32,000 nucleotides of DNA from Candidatus Altimarinota bacterium (lineage in GTDB: Bacteria; Patescibacteriota; Gracilibacteria; UBA1369): positions 90,001 to 122,000 of the forward strand of contig JBAZYK010000004.1 of assembly GCA_041659405.1 (NCBI GenBank), written 5' to 3'. How positions within the stretch are numbered: position 1 is the stretch's first letter; each line of letters begins with the position of its first letter. Below, one piece after another: positions 29,028-32,000 of the stretch. Under the pieces are notes generated by a model that was not told the origin of the DNA, ran no database searches, and saw only the letters and a program-made list of their open reading frames with translations. The translations under genes were made by a program, and so were the position numbers.

Positions 29028-30026
29028 CTATACGATCTTTGGTAATTTCTTTCCATTCCTATAAGAGTCAACTAAATCTGTATAATCTGATTTTTTATTC
29101 CCCTGTTTACTTGGACTAAAAGCAGTTAGATATCTGTTTCCAGAATCTGGACATAAAACAACTAAATTTTTTCCAGTAAGCCCGTTATCGTCTACAAACT
29201 GTTTTGCCGCTGCCACTGCCAATCCGCTAGAGCCTCCAATGTAAATTCCAGTTTCAGTTATTAGATTTTCTATTTCCATCAATGCTAGTGCATCCCGTAC
29301 TTCCACTACATTTGCGAGAATATCCAAATTTAAGTTTTTAGGGATGAAATCTTCACCAACACCTTCTATTGCAGTTACCACGTTTCTACTCTCATTTATT
29401 CCATGAAATTTTGTGTAGTAAACTCCTGAATCTGGAGTTACTCCTACAACTTTCGTAGGAAGATCTTCATCTTTAAAATACTGTGCAACGCCGGAGGCCG
29501 TCCCTCCAGTTCCCATAGGACTAAATACATAATCTGCATTTGGAACATTGTTATGTATTTCAGGGCCGGTCGTTTTTTTATGAGCTTCTGGATTTAAAGG
29601 ATTATTAAATTGATCTATGAAAATCGAATCACGAGTATTTTGTGCAATGATTTCAGCGAAACCTCTAAAACCCAATGGGGATTCTGAATGTACGGATTCA
29701 TCCACCATAATCAATTCTATTCCGTATCTTTGTAAAAGCTTAACCTTATCAGGACTAGTTTTGGATGTTATTATTAGCACTAATCTAAATCCATAAATTT
29801 TTGAAGCCATAGCCAGTCCAATTGCCAAATTACCACTGCTATATTCAACTACTGTTCGTCCGCGTAAACCTATTTTTTTATCTAATGAATTACATACATG
29901 AAAAGCAACACGATCTTTTATAGACAAACCTGGATTCGCTCCTTCAAGTTTTAAATGTAGGCGATTGTCTTTATAAGGTATTTCAACGATTGGAGTATTA
30001 CCAACCAAATTTTCCGCATTACGCAT
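29028..30026 (-). CDS. PLP-dependent cysteine synthase/cystathionine beta-synthase family enzyme
   Basis: VGNTPIVEI, LKLEGANPGLSIKDRVAFH (PLP Lys), EYSSGNLAIGLAMA, SPMGTGGTASGVAQYFK and VVLCPDSGNRYL. Confidence 0.9.
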   Translation of the reverse strand: MRNAENLVGNTPIVEIPYKDNRLHLKLEGANPGLSIKDRVAFHVCNSLDKKIGLRGRTVVEYSSGNLAIGLAMASKIYGFRLVLIITSKTSPDKVKLLQRYGIELIMVDESVHSESPLGFRGFAEIIAQNTRDSIFIDQFNNPLNPEAHKKTTGPEIHNNVPNADYVFSPMGTGGTASGVAQYFKDEDLPTKVVGVTPDSGVYYTKFHGINESRNVVTAIEGVGEDFIPKNLNLDILANVVEVRDALALMEIENLITETGIYIGGSSGLAVAAAKQFVDDNGLTGKNLVVLCPDSGNRYLTAFSPSKQGNKKSDYTDLVDSYRNGKKLPKIV

Positions 30027-30028
30027 AG

Positions 30029-31498
30029 CTATTTTTTGTTAAAAAAACGTCTAAAAAGTAAAGAATCTGGGACTTCTAAGCGCGGTCCATCACAAACACG
30101 TTGATATATCCAGCCTAAACCATCAACAAATTGCGGAATTTCTCCATGAGAAGCTATCGTCGGAACCCTGCGTCCAAAATATTGTTCATACGGCATTACT
30201 CTATCGTCATCATTTAAATGATCTGCTGGCAAAGCAGAATAATCAACTCCCAATTTTGCACTCATTTTTTCCCTGTCACCAACAAAATTTAATGACTGAT
30301 CAGTATTTGAGCTATCAACTGTTTGATATCTACCCGAGTATCTCTGGTCAAGATATTCTGCAACTTTTGGATTGAAAGGCAGTTCTTTGGAGAAAAGTTG
30401 ACTTTCTGCAATAACGTCTTTCCCATATTTAGCTACAAGCTTGTCGTATAATGGATTTCCAAATAAATAACCTGGTGTATCAATTACTTGAGGCATTTCT
30501 CTAAGATACTCGTATCCTTTTAAATGCATTGCAGTACTTGCGAGTTTTATACGTTGACATTTGTCGCAATATCCACAATCAGAGGCATTTTCGCTATTCC
30601 AGCATGATACGCGAGATTCAAGTGCTGCAAGTCCGAATTTACGTCGTATGTATTCAAATACTGAATATGTGCTTAAGGTGGCAAGAGGGTAAGTAAAACT
30701 TACCGATGGTCCCAATAATGATTCCAAATACTTTTGATGCAATTCCATTGCCATCGGACTCTCATAAGGAGCTCTTCTTCGATTTGAATTAAATCCCAAA
30801 ACATCAAATGAATGACCAATTGCAATGTGTTGAGGAACTCTATCTTCGACGTTCCATAAAGATGCAAAGTATGTCATTGAAATATCAAATGGCTCATATC
30901 TACCATCAAGTCCATTCCTACAAACATCGTGCTCATAAGTAGAATAATCAGCATTATCAGTAGGGTTCTTCTTATCATAATCAATTTTGTAGTCGCGAAG
31001 ATCAAACCCGCATGCTTTTAATATTTCAGCTGATACAAAAGAGTCTCTTCCTCCGCTATTTCCAATTACAATTTGATTTGGAACAGCAGTGACCGGGTCT
31101 GGATGTAATTCCGTCAATGTCCTCGCGGTCACAAGTGGTGGACGAGCATCATCCAGCGAACCAATGACCCCCGAACTGAGACGGCCGATAAATTCAAAAG
31201 ATCTAGGATCTAAATCAAAATCTAAATTGATTATCATGGATTGACGAAATTTGCCAATCATCGCGGCAATAAGTGCAGATTTTATTATTTCAAGACCAAC
31301 CTCTGTTGGCTTCTCTTTTGCAGTAAATCCAATTACCGATAAAATTTTACTTTGTATATCACTAGCTCTAAGTACAGCGGAATTTTGTGCGTGTTCAAAT
31401 TCGCAATTAATTATTGCATCTGAACTGACTTCACTACCTTGTTTATTGGTTATACGATTATCGTCGATTAAGTTTACCTGGTCTCTTATTTCTAACAT
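30029..31498 (-). CDS. PP-loop (adenine nucleotide alpha-hydrolase-like) ATP pyrophosphatase with a QueC/MurL-like Cys cluster
   Basis: PP-loop NQIVIGNSGGRDSFVSAEIL; HQKYLESLLGPSVSF; Cys motif SCWNSENASDCGYCDKCQRI. The N-terminal 17 aa are shared with the aspS-like ORF. Confidence 0.75.
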   Translation of the reverse strand: MLEIRDQVNLIDDNRITNKQGSEVSSDAIINCEFEHAQNSAVLRASDIQSKILSVIGFTAKEKPTEVGLEIIKSALIAAMIGKFRQSMIINLDFDLDPRSFEFIGRLSSGVIGSLDDARPPLVTARTLTELHPDPVTAVPNQIVIGNSGGRDSFVSAEILKACGFDLRDYKIDYDKKNPTDNADYSTYEHDVCRNGLDGRYEPFDISMTYFASLWNVEDRVPQHIAIGHSFDVLGFNSNRRRAPYESPMAMELHQKYLESLLGPSVSFTYPLATLSTYSVFEYIRRKFGLAALESRVSCWNSENASDCGYCDKCQRIKLASTAMHLKGYEYLREMPQVIDTPGYLFGNPLYDKLVAKYGKDVIAESQLFSKELPFNPKVAEYLDQRYSGRYQTVDSSNTDQSLNFVGDREKMSAKLGVDYSALPADHLNDDDRVMPYEQYFGRRVPTIASHGEIPQFVDGLGWIYQRVCDGPRLEVPDSLLFRRFFNKK

Positions 31499-31580
31499 AA
31501 ATGGCGCTTGGCGCTTAATGATGAGGAGGGTTATCCTACCAATATCTTTTTAAAGATGCAAGGCTCTTTTACACAAAAAC
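31446..31580 (-). repeat. right arm of the ~130-bp inverted repeat (partner 25591-25718)
   Basis: The reverse complement matches 25591-25718 at ~94% identity and contains an extra AAGCGCC unit. It includes TTGCAT-N17-TAGGAT and the PP-loop gene start. Confidence 0.95.
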
Positions 31581-31837
31581 GGGATCATACGTTTTCCACA
31601 GATCAGTAGTTTTTTATTATGCGAACAAAAGTACACAACAACACAATTCTGGAAGGATTTAGCAAAATTCATTTTGGCTTGCAGGTGCGGACTTTTGACC
31701 ATTTTCGCCTTCACTGGAAGGAATTCCCCACAATTTTTAGCACTCGTTAGTGTGCATTTACAAAGAAATTTTCCCGAGTTTTGATTTGAAATTATTTCAA
31801 AGAAAAAAGCGTATGACCCCAAAAATATCCTGCGCTG

Positions 31838-31860
31838 CCTGCACCAGTTGGTTCTCAAAA
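31838..31860 (-). repeat. right arm of the short outer imperfect inverted repeat (partner 25480-25502)
   Basis: CCTGCACCAGTTGGTTCTCAAAA is the reverse complement of TTTTGAGAACCAACTGGTGCAGG. Confidence 0.6.
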
Positions 31861-31885
31861 AAAACCTCTGTAGGTTAGCCTACAG
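31857..31885 (-). terminator. intrinsic terminator downstream of the tRNA gene
   Basis: On the minus strand: CTGTAGG-CTAA-CCTACAG (perfect 7-bp stem) followed by AGGTTTTTTTT. Confidence 0.85.
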
Positions 31886-31965
31886 TTCATCTAAAATATA
31901 TTCTAGCAGAGTTGTATAATCCCTTCAAAAAACCGAAAATTTTCATTTTAACGGTATTGAATCCC

Positions 31966-32000
31966 TGGTGGGCTAGATCGGAATCGAACCGATGACCATC
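31966..32000 (-). tRNA. partial tRNA, 3' portion only (T arm, acceptor strand and encoded CCA); isotype undetermined, acceptor resembles tRNA-Ile
   Basis: Reverse complement reads GATGGTC-ATCGG-TTCGATT-CCGAT-CTAGCCC-A-CCA: 5-bp T stem, TTCGATT loop, 7-nt acceptor strand, discriminator A and CCA. Confidence 0.88.

Noticed and set aside
31251-31553. 100-aa plus-strand ORF at the right end of the module
   Set aside because: It is antisense to the PP-loop gene start and leader repeat and is explained by the opposite coding strand.
31550-31858. 102-aa minus-strand ORF (MRTNWCRQRRIF...)
   Set aside because: It spans the outer inverted repeat, non-coding spacer and putative promoter. There is no family similarity and its composition is like AT-rich spacer, so it is probably not a gene.
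25127-31965. Interpretation as a classical transposon, integron or CRISPR locus
   Set aside because: No transposase, integrase or cas gene, no attC-like RYYYAAC/GTTRRRY pair, and no spaced direct repeats were seen. The inverted repeat overlaps promoters and coding starts rather than forming clean termini.

Overview
This is a 32 kb bacterial chromosomal window that uses the standard code. Gene content and very low TGA stop usage look Patescibacteria/CPR-like, but that is inference. Positions 1-25,130 are mostly recognisable genes: dGTPase (dgt), nrdR, a secreted L,D-transpeptidase, a PcrA/UvrD helicase, a GT4 glycosyltransferase, NAD kinase, pyruvate phosphate dikinase, a dolichol-kinase-like membrane protein, a 2171-aa alpha-2-macroglobulin, an ECF sigma factor and a PBP1C-type penicillin-binding protein. 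Several hypothetical proteins lie between them. The most unusual region is 25.2-31.9 kb. It is a compact module of two convergent gene sets. The + set encodes an archaeal-type AspRS-like protein, a nucleoside phosphorylase, a SAM methyltransferase, a small coiled-coil protein and a HIT protein. The - set encodes a PP-loop ATPase with a QueC/MurL-like Cys motif and a CysK-like PLP enzyme. Each set starts inside one arm of a ~130-bp, ~94% identical inverted repeat. Each arm carries the same putative promoter (TTGCAT-N17-TAGGAT), the same leader and the same first ~17 codons (MLEIRDQ[I/V]NLIDD..IT), although the two proteins are otherwise unrelated. The left flank holds two structured elements, one of which is a candidate three-way-junction ncRNA. 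The right flank is a tRNA 3' end with its terminator. The module could be a nucleotide/amino-acid-conjugate pathway or a resistance/defence cassette. Its function cannot be established from sequence alone.
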